64,000 bases of DNA from Heterodontus francisci (Eukaryota), in assembly GCF_036365525.1 (NCBI RefSeq), contig NC_090387.1:90251691-90315690 (forward strand), written 5' to 3'. Each line of letters begins with the position of its first letter. The stretch's first letter is position 1. The notes beneath the pieces were generated by a model. The model was given only the letters and a program-made list of their open reading frames with translations. It did not search any database and was not told where the DNA came from. Shown piece after piece: positions 48,896 to 63,479 of this stretch. Made by a program: the position numbers and the translations under genes.

Positions 48896-50051
48896 TATTT
48901 GTGTCCAATGCGGAACGCGTTTTATATGTGTGCAGCTCCAACATTTGATAATGTTGTTTGAACATTATCCAAACAACATGCCAAAGTAATAACAACAATT
49001 CGAGGGGAAGGGTGGAGATTACCAGTTTAATAACAGTCGACAATTAATAACTAACATCTATTTAGAAGAAGTCGCTTCTGCATGGTTGTCCCCTTCGCCT
49101 TATTTAAGAAATTTCGATAGAAGTAGATTGTCGAAATTCACTAACACGATGCCCAAATTCTGCTCCACCAGGTCCCAAACGTCCAAGGCCAGTGAACTGA
49201 TCCGTCCTCGCAGCTGTATTTAGAATTTACTGTCAATGGTGTTTGAATTCTGCAGCATCTTTCCAAAGGGTTGGATTTACAGCTGTTTCCCGATTGACAA
49301 ATAAAACCTATCATCTGTCAGGTACTAATAACCGAGTTATTTGAAAATTCATAGAAACGGGATATAATTTTCTGGGGTATATTTTCGACTTGGACGGTAG
49401 TGCAATACAGGATTTGCGCTCCGTTTGATTTGATTTTATATTGAAATTTGGCCTTAGGGATTGCATTGGGGTGAAACAAAATGAGCAAAGATCAATGAAT
49501 AAGCTATGGAGAAACAGATAATGAAACAACATTTTACGATTTCTGCGGATCCAGCTCTTTCCAAATTGCTTCATAGTGACTGAAGGAATTTTCAACTGTC
49601 GTCACCATTGTCAGGCAGGACAATTGGGAGAGGCAACAACAAACAGCATATTTCCACAAACAACAATTAAAATGTATGATTAGATAACTGTTCCAGTGTT
49701 GTTGGTTCAGGGATAACTATTGTCCAGGACACGAGGAGAACTTTGCTGTTCATCTGCATATAGTACCATGGGTTCTTTTACCATGAGAGGCCAGACGGGA
49801 ATTTGATTTAATGCCTCCTCCCAAAGACGGAACCTCTGACAGTGCAGCATCCCACAGTGCTACATCGACGTGTCAGCCGAGATTATGAGCTCAAGTCTTC
49901 AAAGCACTAACTTTACGACTCAGAGAGGAGAGTGGTACTGCTGAGCCAAGAGGGCCACTGATGGAGGAGGTCAAGGCTTACTACACGAGTAGAAAGACGT
50001 TAATTTATGAACTTACTGTGATCTATAAAACATTACACAGTACGGATAAGA

Positions 50052-50172
50052 TGAATGCAGAATTTAAAGTAAATCCAGAAAGTAGTACCGGAGAACAGAA
50101 CTATTTTGCTTGCTTAGTTCTGTTTTCTCTACTCGTACTACTTCCTGGATTTACTCTTCAATTATCCATTCA
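50052..50172. repeat. 3' UTR hairpin, copy B
   Basis: As 4373-4481, with additional inner pairing aacagaacta/tagttctgtt. Confidence 0.85.
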
Positions 50173-50604
50173 GCTGAACAACGTTACTAAAAATTTTGTA
50201 GATAAGTGAATGCAGAACTGTAAAGTAAATCCAGGAGATAGTACCCGAGGATAAAACATCACTATAGAAGGAAAAAATAGTTCCCTTAAAACAGGTATTT
50301 TAAAGTGTTTGTTTTTACTCAGAAGTTGCAGTAATTCTTCAAAAGGCACTGCAGAATCTAAACTGTTTGGTGCACTGTAAATGTGTGGGGATTCTTGAAT
50401 GGGAGAATTGTGGTATTGGGGTTAAGAGCCTCAGTGGGCAATTGGTCTTTCCCAGCACTTGACTTTTGTTACGTTGTAATCATCCATCTAGCTTTAACCT
50501 AATTTCCGTGTATCACTGATATTCGAGTGTTAATGTCCAGGTTTGAAACAACAATAACATGATTGAATGTGGTGATAGACTTGTCTTTCTTATTTGTATT
50601 ATAT

Positions 50605-50610
50605 AATAAA
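50605..50610 (+). promoter_or_regulatory. Candidate polyadenylation signal of gene B
   Basis: AATAAA shared with copy A. Confidence 0.45.
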
Positions 50611-50737
50611 TCCAATGGTAACATTGTGTGCTAGTAAATTAAATGTATATCAAATTCCTTCCTGTTACCTCTTCATGTTGCAGCTGTTGTAAGTTCCAGA
50701 TTTTTATGAACGTAAACATATAAAAAGTACATTTGGT

Positions 50738-51900
50738 GAACATAAGAACGTACGAAATAGGAGTAGAAATATGCCATTTGGCCCTTCGAACCTGCCTTAC
50801 CATTCGATAAGATCATAGCTGATCCGATTGTGGTCCAGACTCCCTGCCTGCCCCCTAACCCTGCATTCACTCGTAAATCAAATATCTTTCAAACTCAGCC
50901 TTGAATGTAATCAATGACCCAGCCTCCACTGCATACTGGGGTAGAGAATTCCAAAGATTAATGACCGTCTGAGAGAAGCAATTCCTTCTCATCTCTGTCT
51001 TAAATGGGAGACCCCTTATTTTGAAGCTGTGTCCACCAGTTCTAAATTCCACCATGAGGGGAAACATCCTCTCAGCATCTACCCTGCCAATCGCCCTCAA
51101 AATCTTATGTGTTTTAATAGGTTTCCCACTCCTTCTTCTAAACTCCAATGAGTATAGGCACAACCTGCTCAACCTTTCCTCATATGACAACCCCTTCATC
51201 CCAGAAATCAGCCTAGTGAACCTTCTCTGAACAGCCTCCAATGCAAGTATATCCCTTCTTAAATAAGCAGACCAAAACTGTACGCGGTCTCACCAATGCC
51301 CTATATGGTTGCAGCAAGACTTCCCTACTTTTATACTCCATCCCCTTGCAATAAAGACCAACATTCCAGTTGCTTTCCTAATTAATGCTGTCCATGCACG
51401 CTAGCTTTTAATGATTCAAGTATGAGAACAACCAGATCCCTCTCTACTTCAGCATTCTGAAGTCTCTCTCCATTTAAATAATATTCTGCTTTTCTATTCT
51501 TCCTACCAAGTGGACAACTTCACATTTTCCCATGTTATACTCCATCTACCATTTTTGCCCACTTACCCTATCTATATACCTTTGCAGATAACTTGTGTCC
51601 TCACCACAAGTTGCTTTCCTACCTATCTTCGGATTTTCATCAGATTTGACTACAATACTCTCGGTCCCTTCATCATTTATATAGATTGTAAATTGTGAAA
51701 GCCCCAGCTGATCCCTGTGGCACCCTACTGATTACAGTTTACCAGCCTAAAAATGACCCATTTATCCCAACTCTCTGTTTCCTGTTAGTTAGCCAGTCCT
51801 CTATCCATGCGAACATTAGGCCCAACATCATGAGCTCTTATCTTGATAACCTTATCGAATGCTTTCTGGAAATCCAAACACACTACTGGTTCCCCTTTAT
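50738..51900 (-). mobile_element. CR1 LINE, paralog of 5057-6245
   Basis: ORF 50867-51241. Confidence 0.9.
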
Positions 51901-53037
51901 TCAATTAGGTAGTCCCATTAAACAGATGTAAAGTACATTGTATGGCACAAGCTATTGTTTGATGAGCTGCACTTTAAAAAGTGTGCAATATTATGAACAT
52001 ATGAACTAGGAGCAGGAGTAGGCTGCTCGGTCCCTCGAGCCTGCTCCGCCATTCAATAAGATCATGGCTGATTTGATCGTAATATTGAAGCAATAAGGGC
52101 TGATCCAGGGATTGTGCTCGTCGATCATGGGAAGGCGTTTGCAGGAAAGACTGGTCACAGAACAATACATCTGCTGTATTTGGTATTCTGAGCAGTTAAG
52201 TTAAAGACAAAACTTGAAACTCATGTTTTTATTGAGTTTTACCTCTCTAAGTCCACCTATATTGGCATATCAGGCTCACCTCACGCAGGTTTTAGCTGGA
52301 TTGGTCTTGGTGGAAAGGCGACCTGTGAGCGGAGCCGTAATAAGTCTGCCTTCCTGGGATTCAAGGACTAGTACCAGTGAAAGGCACCACTCGGCAAAGG
52401 GATAGAGCCCAATGCAACTCTATCATTCACCTTAACCACGCTCTGTGGTAGCATGGTCCATATTCTCACCACTCTCTGGGTAAAGAAGTCAATTTTGAAT
52501 TCATTATCAGATTTTGTTGGTGTCTAATTTATATTGAAGGCCTTTAGTTTTGCTCTTCTCCACAAATGGAAACACTTTCTTTCACTGTCTACACAATCAA
52601 AAACATTTATAATTTAAAGACTTCTATTAGGTCACCACTCAGCCTTCTCTTTTGAAAAGAAAAGAGACTCAGCCTGTTAATCCTTTCCTGATTTCAAGCC
52701 ACACATCGACATAATTCTACTCCCAGAAGGGGTCAGAGACAGTTATATTTCAATAGATGGATCATCATGGCAACTTCCTTTTGCAGCGGCGACAGGGAGA
52801 GCGAGGTGGCAGCTGGGTAAGTAAGTCCTATATATTTGGGCAGCGGCTGAACCCGAGACACTACACCTGTAGTGTCTCCCACGCGCCCTCCTCCTCTAAC
52901 CAAAAAAAAAGGACTCGGTGGTGTGTAGATAAGGTAAGGCTTTTTCTATTTCTTTTTTTTTACCGTGTGATTGGTAAAAACTTTTCGTTCCTTTTTCATT
53001 TATCTAAGTTAAGACTAAGTTAAGCTTAAGATTAAAA

Positions 53038-53985
53038 ATGGCAGGAGATCTCAGACCCATGTTATGCTCCTCTTGCTCAATGTGGGAGCTCAGGGACACG
53101 GCTGATGTCCCTGACTCCTTCACGTGCAGGAAGTGTGTCCAGCTACAGCTCTTGTTAGACCGCATGATGGCTCTGGAGCTGCGGATGGACTCACTTTGGA
53201 GCATCCACGATGCTGAGGAGGTCGTGGATAGCACGTTTAGCGAATTGGTCACACCGCAGATTAGGATTGCTGAGGGAGAAAGGAAATGGGTATCCAAAAG
53301 GCAGAGAAAGAGCAGGAAGGCAGCACAGTTGTCCCCTGCAGTCATCTCCCTCCAAAACAGGTATACCGTTTTGGATACTGTTGGGGGAAATGGCTAACCA
53401 GGGGAAGGTAGCAGTAGCCAGGTCCATGGCACCGTGGCTGGCTCTGCTGTTCAGAAGGGCGGGAAAAAGAGTGGAAGGGCTATAGTCATAGGGGATTCGA
53501 TTGTAAGGGGAGTAGATAGGCGGTTCTGTGGTCGAAAACGAGACTCCCGAATGGTATGTTGCCTCCCAGGTGCACGGGTCAGGGATGACTCAGATCGGCT
53601 GCAGAACATTCTGAAGGGGGAGGGTGAACAGCCAGTTGTCGTTGTGCACATAGGCACCAATGATATAGGTAAAAAACGGGATGAGGTCCTACAAGCAGAA
53701 TTTAGGGAGTTAGGAGCCAAGTTAAAAAGTAGGACCTCAGAGGTAGTAATCTCAGGATTGCTACCAGTGCCACGTGCTAGTCAGAGTAGAAATGAAAAAA
53801 TAGTCAGGATGAATGCATGGCTTGAGAGATGGTGCAGGAGGGAGGGGTTCAGATTTTTGGGACATTGGGACCGGTTCTGGGGGAGGTGGAACTATTACAA
53901 ATTGGACGGTCTACACCTGGGCTGGACTGGAACCAATGTCCTTGGGAGTGCTTTTGCGAACGCTGTTGGGGAGGGTTTAAACTAA
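53038..53985 (+). pseudogene. CR1 ORF1 (CxxC..CxxC zinc finger, coiled coil, SGNH esterase); one in-frame TAA at 53395-53397
   Basis: CSSC...CRKC; VIGDSIVRG, HIGTND, DGLHL; ORFs 53038-53397 and 53434-53985 share a frame. Confidence 0.92.
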
Positions 53986-56927
53986 TGTGGCAGGGGGATG
54001 GGAACCAAATGAGGAGGGCAGTGGACAGTAAGGAGGTAGTAACTAAAGCCTGTAAGGAACTAGATAATGAAGTCAGTGTGACTAAGGGGAAGAGTAGGCA
54101 GGGAGCAGATGATGAACACAAAGGGACTGGTGGTCTGAGGTGCATTTGTTTTAATGCAAGAAGTGTAGTAGGTAAGGCAGATGAACTTAGGGCTTGGATT
54201 AGTACCTGGGAGTATGATGTTATTGCTATTACTGAGACTTGATTGAAGGAAGGGCACGATTGGCAACTAAATATCCCAGGATATCAATGTTTCAGGCGGG
54301 ATAGAGAGGGAGGTAAAAGGGGTGGAGGAGTTGCATTACTGGTCAAAGAGGATATCACAGCTGTGCTGAAGGAGGGCACTATGGAGGACTCGAGCAGTGA
54401 GGCAATATGGGCAGAACTCAGAAATAGGAAGGGTGCGGTAACATTGTTGGGGCTGTACTACAGGCCTCCCAACAGCGAGCGTGGGATAGAGGTACAAATA
54501 TGTAAACATATTATGGAAAGATGTAGGAGCAACAGGGTGGTGGTGATAGGAGATTTTAATTTTCCCAACATTGACTGGGATTCACTTAGTGTTAGAGGTC
54601 TAGATGGAGTAGAATTTGTAAGGAGCATCCAGGAGGGTTTTCTAGAGCAGTATGTAAATAGTCCAACTCGGGAAGGGGCCATACTGGACCTGGTGTTGGG
54701 GATTGAGCCCGGCCAGGTGGTTGAAGTTTCAGTAGGGGACTATTTTGGGAATAGTGATCACAGTTCCGTAAGTTTTAGAATACTCATGGACAAAGACGAG
54801 AGTGGTCCTAAAGGAAGAGTGCTAAATTGGGGGAAGGCCAACTATACCAAAATTCGGCAGGAGCTGGGGAATGTAGATTGGGAGCAGCTGTTTGAAGATA
54901 AATCCACATTTGATATGTGGGAGGCTTTTAAAGAGAGGTTGATTAGCATGCAGGAGAGACATGTTCCTGTGAAAATGAGGGATAGAAATGGCAAGATTAG
55001 GGAACCATGGATGACAGGTGAAATTGTGAAACTAGCTAAGAGGGAAAAGGAAGCATCCATAAGGTCTAGGCGGCTGAAGAAAGACGAAGCTTTGGAAGAA
55101 TATCGGGAATGTAGGACCAATCTGAAACGAGGAATTAAGAGGGATAAAAGGGGTCATGAAATATCTTTAGCAAACAGGGTTAAGGAAAATCCCAAAGCCT
55201 TTTATTCATATATAAGGAGCAAGAGGGTAACTAGAGAAAGGATTGGGCCACTCAAGGACAAAGGAGGAAAATTATGCGTGGAGTCAGAGAAAATGGGTGA
55301 GATTCTAAACGAGTACTTTGCATCGGTATTCACCGAGGAGAAGGACATGACGGATGTTGAGGTTAGGGATAGATGTTTGATTACTCTAGGTCAAGTCGGC
55401 ATAAGGAGGGAGGAAGTGTTGGGTATTCTAAAAGGCATTAAGGTGGACAAGTCCCCAGGTCCGGATGGGATCTATCCCAGGTTACTGACGGAAGCGAGAG
55501 AGGAAATAGCTGGGGCCTTAACAGATATCTTTGCAGCATCCTTAAACACGGGTGAGGTCCCGGAGGACTGGAGAATTGCTAATGTTGTCCCCTTGTTTAA
55601 GAAGGGTAGCAGGGTTAATCCAGGTAATTATAGACCGGTGAGCCTGACGTCAGTGGTAGGGAAGCTGCTGGAGAAGATATTGAGGGATAGGATCTATTCC
55701 CATTTGGAAGAAAATGGGCTTATCAGTGATAGGCAACATGGTTTTGTGCAGAGAAGGTCATGTCTTACCAACTTAATAGAATTCTTTGAGGAAGTGACAA
55801 AGTTGATTGATGAGGGAAGGGCTGTAGATGTCATATACATGGACTTCAGTAAGGCGTTTGATAAGGTTCCCCATGGTAGGTTGATGGAGAAAGTGAAGTC
55901 GCATGGGGTCCAGGGTGTACTAGCTAGATGGATAAAGAACTGGCTGGGCAACAGGAGACAGAGAGTAGCAGTGGAAGGGAGTTTCTCAAAATGGAGACGT
56001 GTGACCAGTGGTGTTCCACAGGGATCCGTGCTGGGACCACTGTTGTTTGTGATAAATGATTTGGAGGAAAGTATAGGTGGTCTGATTAGCAAGTTTGCAG
56101 ACGACACTAAGATTGGTGGAGTAGCAGATAGTGAAGGGGACTGTCAGAGAATACAGCAGAATATAGATAGATTGGAGAGTTGGGCAGAGAAATGGCAGAT
56201 GGAGTTCAATCCGGGCAAATGCGAGGTGATGCATTTTGGAAGATCCAATTCAAGAATGAACTATACAATAAATGGAAAAGTCCTGGGGAAACTTGATGTA
56301 CAGAGAGATTTGGGTGGTCAGGTCCATTGTTCCCTGAAGGTGGAAACGCAGGTCAATAGAGTGGTCAAGAAGGCATACGGCATGCTTTCCTTCATCGGAC
56401 GGGGTATTGAGTACAAGGGTCGGCAGGTCATGTTACAGTTGTATAAGACTTTGGTTCGGCCACATTTGGAATATTGCGTGCAGTTCTGGTCGCCACATTA
56501 CCAAAAGGATGTAGATGCTTTGGAGAGGGTGCAGAGGAGGTTCACCAGGATGTTGCCTGGTATGGAGGGCGCTAGCTATGAAGAGAGGTTGAGTAGATTA
56601 GGATTATTTTCATTAGAAAGACGAAGGTTGAGGGGGGACCTGACTGAGGTGTACAAAATCATGAGAGGTATAGACAGGGTGGATAGCAAGAAGCTTTTTC
56701 CCAGAGTGGGGGATTCAATTACTAGGGGTCACGAGTTCAAAGTGAGAGGGGAAAGGTTTAGGGGGGATATGCGTGGAAAGTTCTTTACGCAGAGGGTGGT
56801 GGGTGCCTGGAACGCGTTGCCAGCGGAGGTGGTAGACGCGGGCACGATAGCGTCTTTTAAGATGTATCTGGACAGATACATGAATGGGCAGGAAGCAAAG
56901 AGATACAGACCCTTAGAAAATAGGTGA
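53985..56927 (+). pseudogene. CR1 ORF2 (APE endonuclease and reverse transcriptase); one nonsense TGA at 54240-54242
   Basis: ATG overlaps ORF1 stop (TAATG); ITET*LK, GDFNFP, SDHSSV, QHGF, YMDFSKAFD, PQGSVLGP, FADD. Confidence 0.95.
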
Positions 56928-57039
56928 CATGTTTAGATAGAGGATCTGGATCGGCGCAGGCTTGGAGGGCCGAAGGGCCTGTTCCTGTGCTGTAATTTTC
57001 TTTGTTCTTTGTTCTCTTAATCACAGCCAGAGTATCACT

Positions 57040-58020
57040 TGCAATGGTTTCTCTTCTCACTCCCACAACTTCACCTCTTATGTCTGCCAAGTACCTATCT
57101 TTAGCCTTTCCTATTTTTCATCTACAGCCTGCCTCTCAGTGACACAGTCTGAAAGTACAGCATTAGTTTCCACATCGACACTGACAACACCCAGCCCTAC
57201 CTCACCACCACTACTCTTGACTCATCCACTGTTACTGAATTATCAGACTGTTATCCGACATCCAGTACTGGATGAGCAAATGTTCCTTCCAATTTAATAC
57301 TGGGAAGACTGAAGCTATTGTCTTAAATACACACAACAAACCCTAGCTACTGGCTCCATCCCTCTTCCTAGTGACTGTATGAGGCTGAACCAGACTTCGC
57401 AACCACGTGTCATATCTGACCCCAAGATGAGCTTCCAACCACAACCCACTCCGCACTGTCACTGTGACCGTCGATTCCCACCTCTGTGACATCGCCTGAC
57501 TCTGCCTCTGTGTCATCTCATCCACTGCTGAAACCCTCATCTATGCCTTTGTTACTTTTAGATTTCATTATTTCAAAGCACTTCTGAGAAGCCTCCCACG
57601 TGCTACCCTCTATAAACTTGAGATTTTCCAAAATTCTGGTACCTGTGTCCTAACTCACACCAAGTCCTGTTCACCTGCCACCGCTGTGTTTAGTGACCTA
57701 CACTGAATCCTGGTTAAGCAATACCTCAGTTTGAAAATTCGCATCCTTGCTTTCTAATCCCTCCATGATTTCACCTTCCCTATCTCTGTAATCTCCTCCC
57801 AAAAGCCTCCGAGATATCTGTGCTTCTCTAATTCTGACCTCTTAAACATTCCTGTTTTTACTCACTCCACCATTGGTTACCGTGCCTTCAACTGCCTGGG
57901 CCCTAACTCTGAAATTCCATCCCTAAACCTTTCCACATCGTTCCTCACTTTCTTCCGTTCAGCCATTCCTTAAAACTTACCTCTTTTGATCAAGCTTTTG
58001 GTCATTTGCCCCAATATCGC
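57040..58020 (+). mobile_element. L2 LINE 3' portion
   Basis: 'tactgggaagactgaagctattgtc' (GKTEAIV), 'gctgaaaccctcatctatgcctttgttact'. Confidence 0.8.
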
Positions 58021-58027
58021 CTTATAT

Positions 58028-58364
58028 TTATTTATTTAGAGATACAGCACTGAATCAGGCCCTTCGGCCCACTGAGTCTGTGCCGACCATCAACCACCCA
58101 TTTATACTAATCCTACATTCATATCACATCCCTACCTGTCCCTATATTCCCCGACCACCAACCTATACTCGGGGCAATTTATAATGGCCAATTTACCTAT
58201 CAACCTGCAAGTCTTTGGCTGTGGGAGGAAATCGGAGCACCCGGAGAAAACCCACGTGGTCACAGGAAGAACTTGCAAACTCCGCACAGGCAGTACCCAG
58301 AATTGAACCCGGGTCGCTGGAGCTGTGAGGCTGCGGTGCCAACCACTGCACCCCTGTGCCGCCC
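58028..58364 (-). mobile_element. HE1-type V-SINE, full length
   Basis: Matches 2266-2617. Confidence 0.88.
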
Positions 58365-58707
58365 AAAGTATAATGGTCTCCTCCGGTTTCTAATGTTTTT
58401 CCCTTTGTCACTGCTTGTGTCGAACTACGTTCAGTTCAGTTCAGCCCCCAGCTAGCATTCAATAGAATTTCATGCAGAGAAGTGTTTTAAGTGATGCATT
58501 TTTGAAGGAAGAATGAGAAGAGAGAGGCAACATAAAGTACACGAACACATGGAACAAGCCGTAAAATCCCTGATTAGTTACTTTGTCTAATATTGACTCA
58601 AGCTCTCTGGATTCCTCTACTGACTTGCAATCCAACCAATCAATCTGGAGGTGTCTGAGTAACCAGGAGCATCTACTGGTTCCATACAACACTGTGCATA
58701 CACACAT

Positions 58708-60585
58708 ATAGAGTCATAGAGTTATACAGCACAGAAACAGCCCCTTCGGCCCATTGTGTCTGTACCGGCCATCAAGCACCTCACTGTTCTAATCCCATTT
58801 TCCAACACTTGGCCCGTAGCCTTGTATGCTATGCTATTTCAAGTACTCATCTAATACTTCTTAAATGTTGAGGGTCCCTGCCTCTACCACCTCTTCAGGC
58901 AGTGCCTTCCAAATTCCAACCACCTTCCGAGTGAAAAATTCCTTCCTCAGATCCCTTCTAAACCTCCTACCCGTACCTTAAATCTATGCCCCCTGGTTAT
59001 TGACACCTCTGCTAAAGGAAAACATTTCTTCCTATCTAATCTATCAATGCCCCTCATAATTTTGTATACCTCAATCATGTCCCCCCTCAGCCTTCTCTGC
59101 TCTGAGGAAAACAACCCTAGCCTTTTCAGTCTCTCTTCATAGCTGAAATGCTCCAGCACAGGCAACATCCTGGTGAATCTCCTCTGCACCCTCTCCAGGG
59201 CAATCACATCCTTCCTATAATGTGGTGACCAGAACTGTACACAGTACTCCAGCTGTGGTCTAACTAGCATTTTATACAGCTCCATCATAACCTCCCTGCT
59301 CTTAGATTTTATGCCTCGGCTAATAAAAGCAAGTATCCATATGCCTTCCTAACCACCTTATCTCTCTGTGCTGCTGCCTTCAGTGATCTATGGACAAGTA
59401 CACCAAGGTCCCTCTGACCCTCTGTACTTCCTAGGGTACTAACATCCATTGTATATTCCCTTGCCTTGTTAGTCCTCCCAAAAGGCATCACCTCACACTT
59501 CTTGGGATTAAATTCCGTTTGCCACTGCCCTGCCCATCTTACCAGTCCATCTATATTGTCTTGTAATCTAAGGCTTTCCTCCTCACTATTTACGACACCA
59601 CACATTTCTGTGTCAACTGCGAATTTACTGATCATACCTCCTATATTCACGTCGAAATCATTAATGCACACTACAAACAGCAAGGGTCCCAGCAACGATC
59701 CCTGTGGTACACCACTGGTCACAGGCTTCCATTCGCAAAAACAACTTTGACCATCACCCTCTGCCTCCTGCCAAATGCCAATTTTGGATCCAATTTGCCA
59801 AATTGCCCTGGATCCCATGGGCTCTTACCTTCTTAACCAATCTCCCATGCAGGACCTTATCAAAAGCCTTACTGAAGTCCATGTAGACTACATCAACTGC
59901 TTTACACTCATCTACACATCTCTTAACTGCCTCGAAAAAGTCAATCAAGCTAGTTAGACACGATCTCCCCCTGACAAAGCCATGCTATCCATGATTAAAC
60001 CCTCCAAGTGGCGATTAATTCTGTCCCTCAGAATTTTTTCCAATAGTTTCCCAACCACTGATGTTAGACTCACCAGCCTGTAATTACCTGGTTTATCCCT
60101 GCTACCCTTCTTGAATAAAGGTACCACATTCACTGTCCTCCAATCCTCTGGTATCTCTCCTGTGACCAGAGAGGATCTGAAATTTTGTATCAGAGCCCCT
60201 GCAATCTCCTCCCTTGACTCACATAACAGCCTGGGATACATCTCATCTGGGCCTGGGGATTTATCCACCTTTAAGCCTGCTAAAACAGCTAATACTTCCT
60301 CCCTCTTAATACTAATATGTTCAAGTATATCGCAATCCCCCTCCCTGATCCCTACACCTTCATCGTCCTTCTCCATAGTGAACACAGATGAAAAGTAATC
60401 ATTGAAAACCTCACCTATGTCCTCCGTCTCCACACACAGATTGCCACTTTAGTCCCTAATGGCCCTACTCTCCCTGATTACCCTCTTGCCCTTAATATAC
60501 TAATAAAACGCCTTAAGATTTTCCTTTATCTTGCCCGCCAGTGTTTTTTCATGTCCCCTCTTTGCTCTCCTCATTACTTTTTTAA
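58708..60585 (-). mobile_element. CR1 LINE ORF2, 5'-truncated; same subfamily as 8580-10925
   Basis: ORFs 58947-59288, 59309-59818, 59954-60433. Confidence 0.92.
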
Positions 60586-61276
60586 GTATATGTATATATA
60601 TATTTATATATATGTATATATAATCTTTTATAATCTTTGTGTGGCAAAAGATGGCTCCTGGACAGGCAAGGGAGCTCTTTGCAATATAACTCTATCCTTG
60701 GTCATCCGTTCCCATCCATTGCCCTTTCCCTCCCAATCTCCTCTCTTCCACTGTTTAAGTTCCCCTGCCTCTAATAGTGGGTGCATTTCAACCCTTAGTA
60801 TTAATTAATTGCTAGTTTACAGTGCTGTAGACCTGAAGTAACTCAATGTGACCTAATCATCTACTCTCCAAAGGACTAGGGAAATGTTCATCCTTTGCGT
60901 TTACCGCCTTATTACTGCTTGTACTATACTGCTGCTTCACACAGGGCCTGCAGTTGTAAAGGAATTAAAGCCCTTGGATAGTACTTAAGAGTGACCGTTG
61001 TCAGTAAAGGCAGCCGATGCTTGTTTGTCAAAAGTGCTGGGGTTTTGTCGTACTTGAGAACCTGAAAAGTGATTACTGATCTGCGCATTCCGTGTGTTCA
61101 GGTTTGCCAGATGGAGATTGCTTGGATACTCTAGGACTAACAGCCAGCATGGAAATACTGAAAGCAGTGGAAAAGTTAGTAAATGATCAGCCTGGATCAG
61201 CAGAGACTCCTGGGCCTAGATCAGCTGAGATCTTGGACCCAGTCAGCAGGGGTCTCTCCCTCTGGAAGGGGGAGGG

Positions 61277-62220
<944 letters not shown>

Positions 62221-62694
62221 TGGTCTTACCTACTGTTCTCTTAAGCTCTGCCTTGTTGAGAAAACACATCTCCTTCCTGTGCTATCAAGGCCAGTTCTAC
62301 AACTGGGTTTAGACCACCCTTCATGCACCAAAACCACCTCATGTTCCTATTGAAGACCAGTTCAGCAGTTGTCTTTCTACTGCAGTAAGATTCTGGTCTC
62401 ACTATTATTCTGCAGTCACTCTCCTGATTTGTGCAATTCAAAACACAGTTTATTTTGGTTTCTTGTGTGATGAGAGAATTTTATAGCATGGTCTTTTAAA
62501 ATTCTAATGTAATGTACACCACATGACCAATGTAATCTTATTAAGAACAATAAATAGTTAAACTAACAGTTTTCCCTCTGTTTAAATGCATGCTTGTACC
62601 AGTGTGAGTACAAGATTCAAGAATATTCCCTCACAGAAGTGATGGATGCAAAATTGTACAGTAGGTCTCAGGAGAACCTGCTGCTGTGTTCTAA

Positions 62695-63425
62695 GGCACA
62701 CAAGTGCCAGGCAATGACCATCTCCAACAAGAGAGAATCTAACCATCCCCCCTCGACATTCAACGGCATTACCATCGCTGAATCCCCCACTATCAACATC
62801 CTAGGGGCTACCTTTGACCAGAAACTGAACCGGTGTAGCCATATAAATACAGTGGCTACAAGAGCAGGTCAGAGGCTCGGAATCCTGAGGCGAGTAACTC
62901 ACCTCCTGAATCCCCAAAGCCTGTCCGCCATCTACAAGGCACAAGTCAGGATTGTGATGGAATTCTCTCCACTTGCCTGGATGGGTGCAGCTCCAACAAC
63001 ACTCAAGATGTTCGACACCATACAGGACAAAGCAGCCCGCTTGATTGGGACCCCATCCACAAACATTCACTCCTTCCACCACCTACGCACAGTGGCAGCA
63101 ATGCACTAAGGCTCCTTAGACAACACCTTCCAAACCCACGACTTCTATCAACTAGAAGGACAAGGGCAGCAAATGCATGGGAACACCACCACCTGCAAGT
63201 TCCCCTCCAAGTCACACACCATCCTGACTTGGAACTATATCGCTGTTCCTTCACTGTTGCTGGGTCAAAATCCTGGAACTCCCTTCCGAACAGCACTGTG
63301 GGTATACCTACCCCAAATGGACTGCAGCGGTTCAAGAAGGCAGCTCACCACCACCTTCTCAAGGGCCATTAGGGATGGGCAATAAATGTGGGACGCACAA
63401 ATCCCTGAATGAATAAAAAAAAAGT
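62695..63425 (+). mobile_element. LINE (CR1/L2 group) RT C-terminus and 3' UTR
   Basis: 'KCQAMTISNKR...AGQRLGILRR...IYKAQVR..MEFSPLAW...IQDKAARLI'; ends tgaataaaaaaaaa. Confidence 0.88.
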
Positions 63426-63479
63426 AAGAAGACATTTCTAAGTATTGTTGGCTGTGTTATTGCGTGTTTTTGCTGTAGA

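Larger units (their letters stand above)
45678..52777 (+). repeat. Segmental duplication copy B; paralogous to 914-7146
   Basis: Colinear match with copy-specific insertions and deletions. Confidence 0.95.
52778..57016 (+). mobile_element. Full-length, nearly intact CR1 LINE
   Basis: 5' UTR, ORF1, ORF2, 3' UTR ending (tttgttc)n. Confidence 0.96.

Noticed and set aside
53434-53985. Host SGNH/GDSL esterase gene
   Set aside because: It is the standard esterase domain of CR1 ORF1
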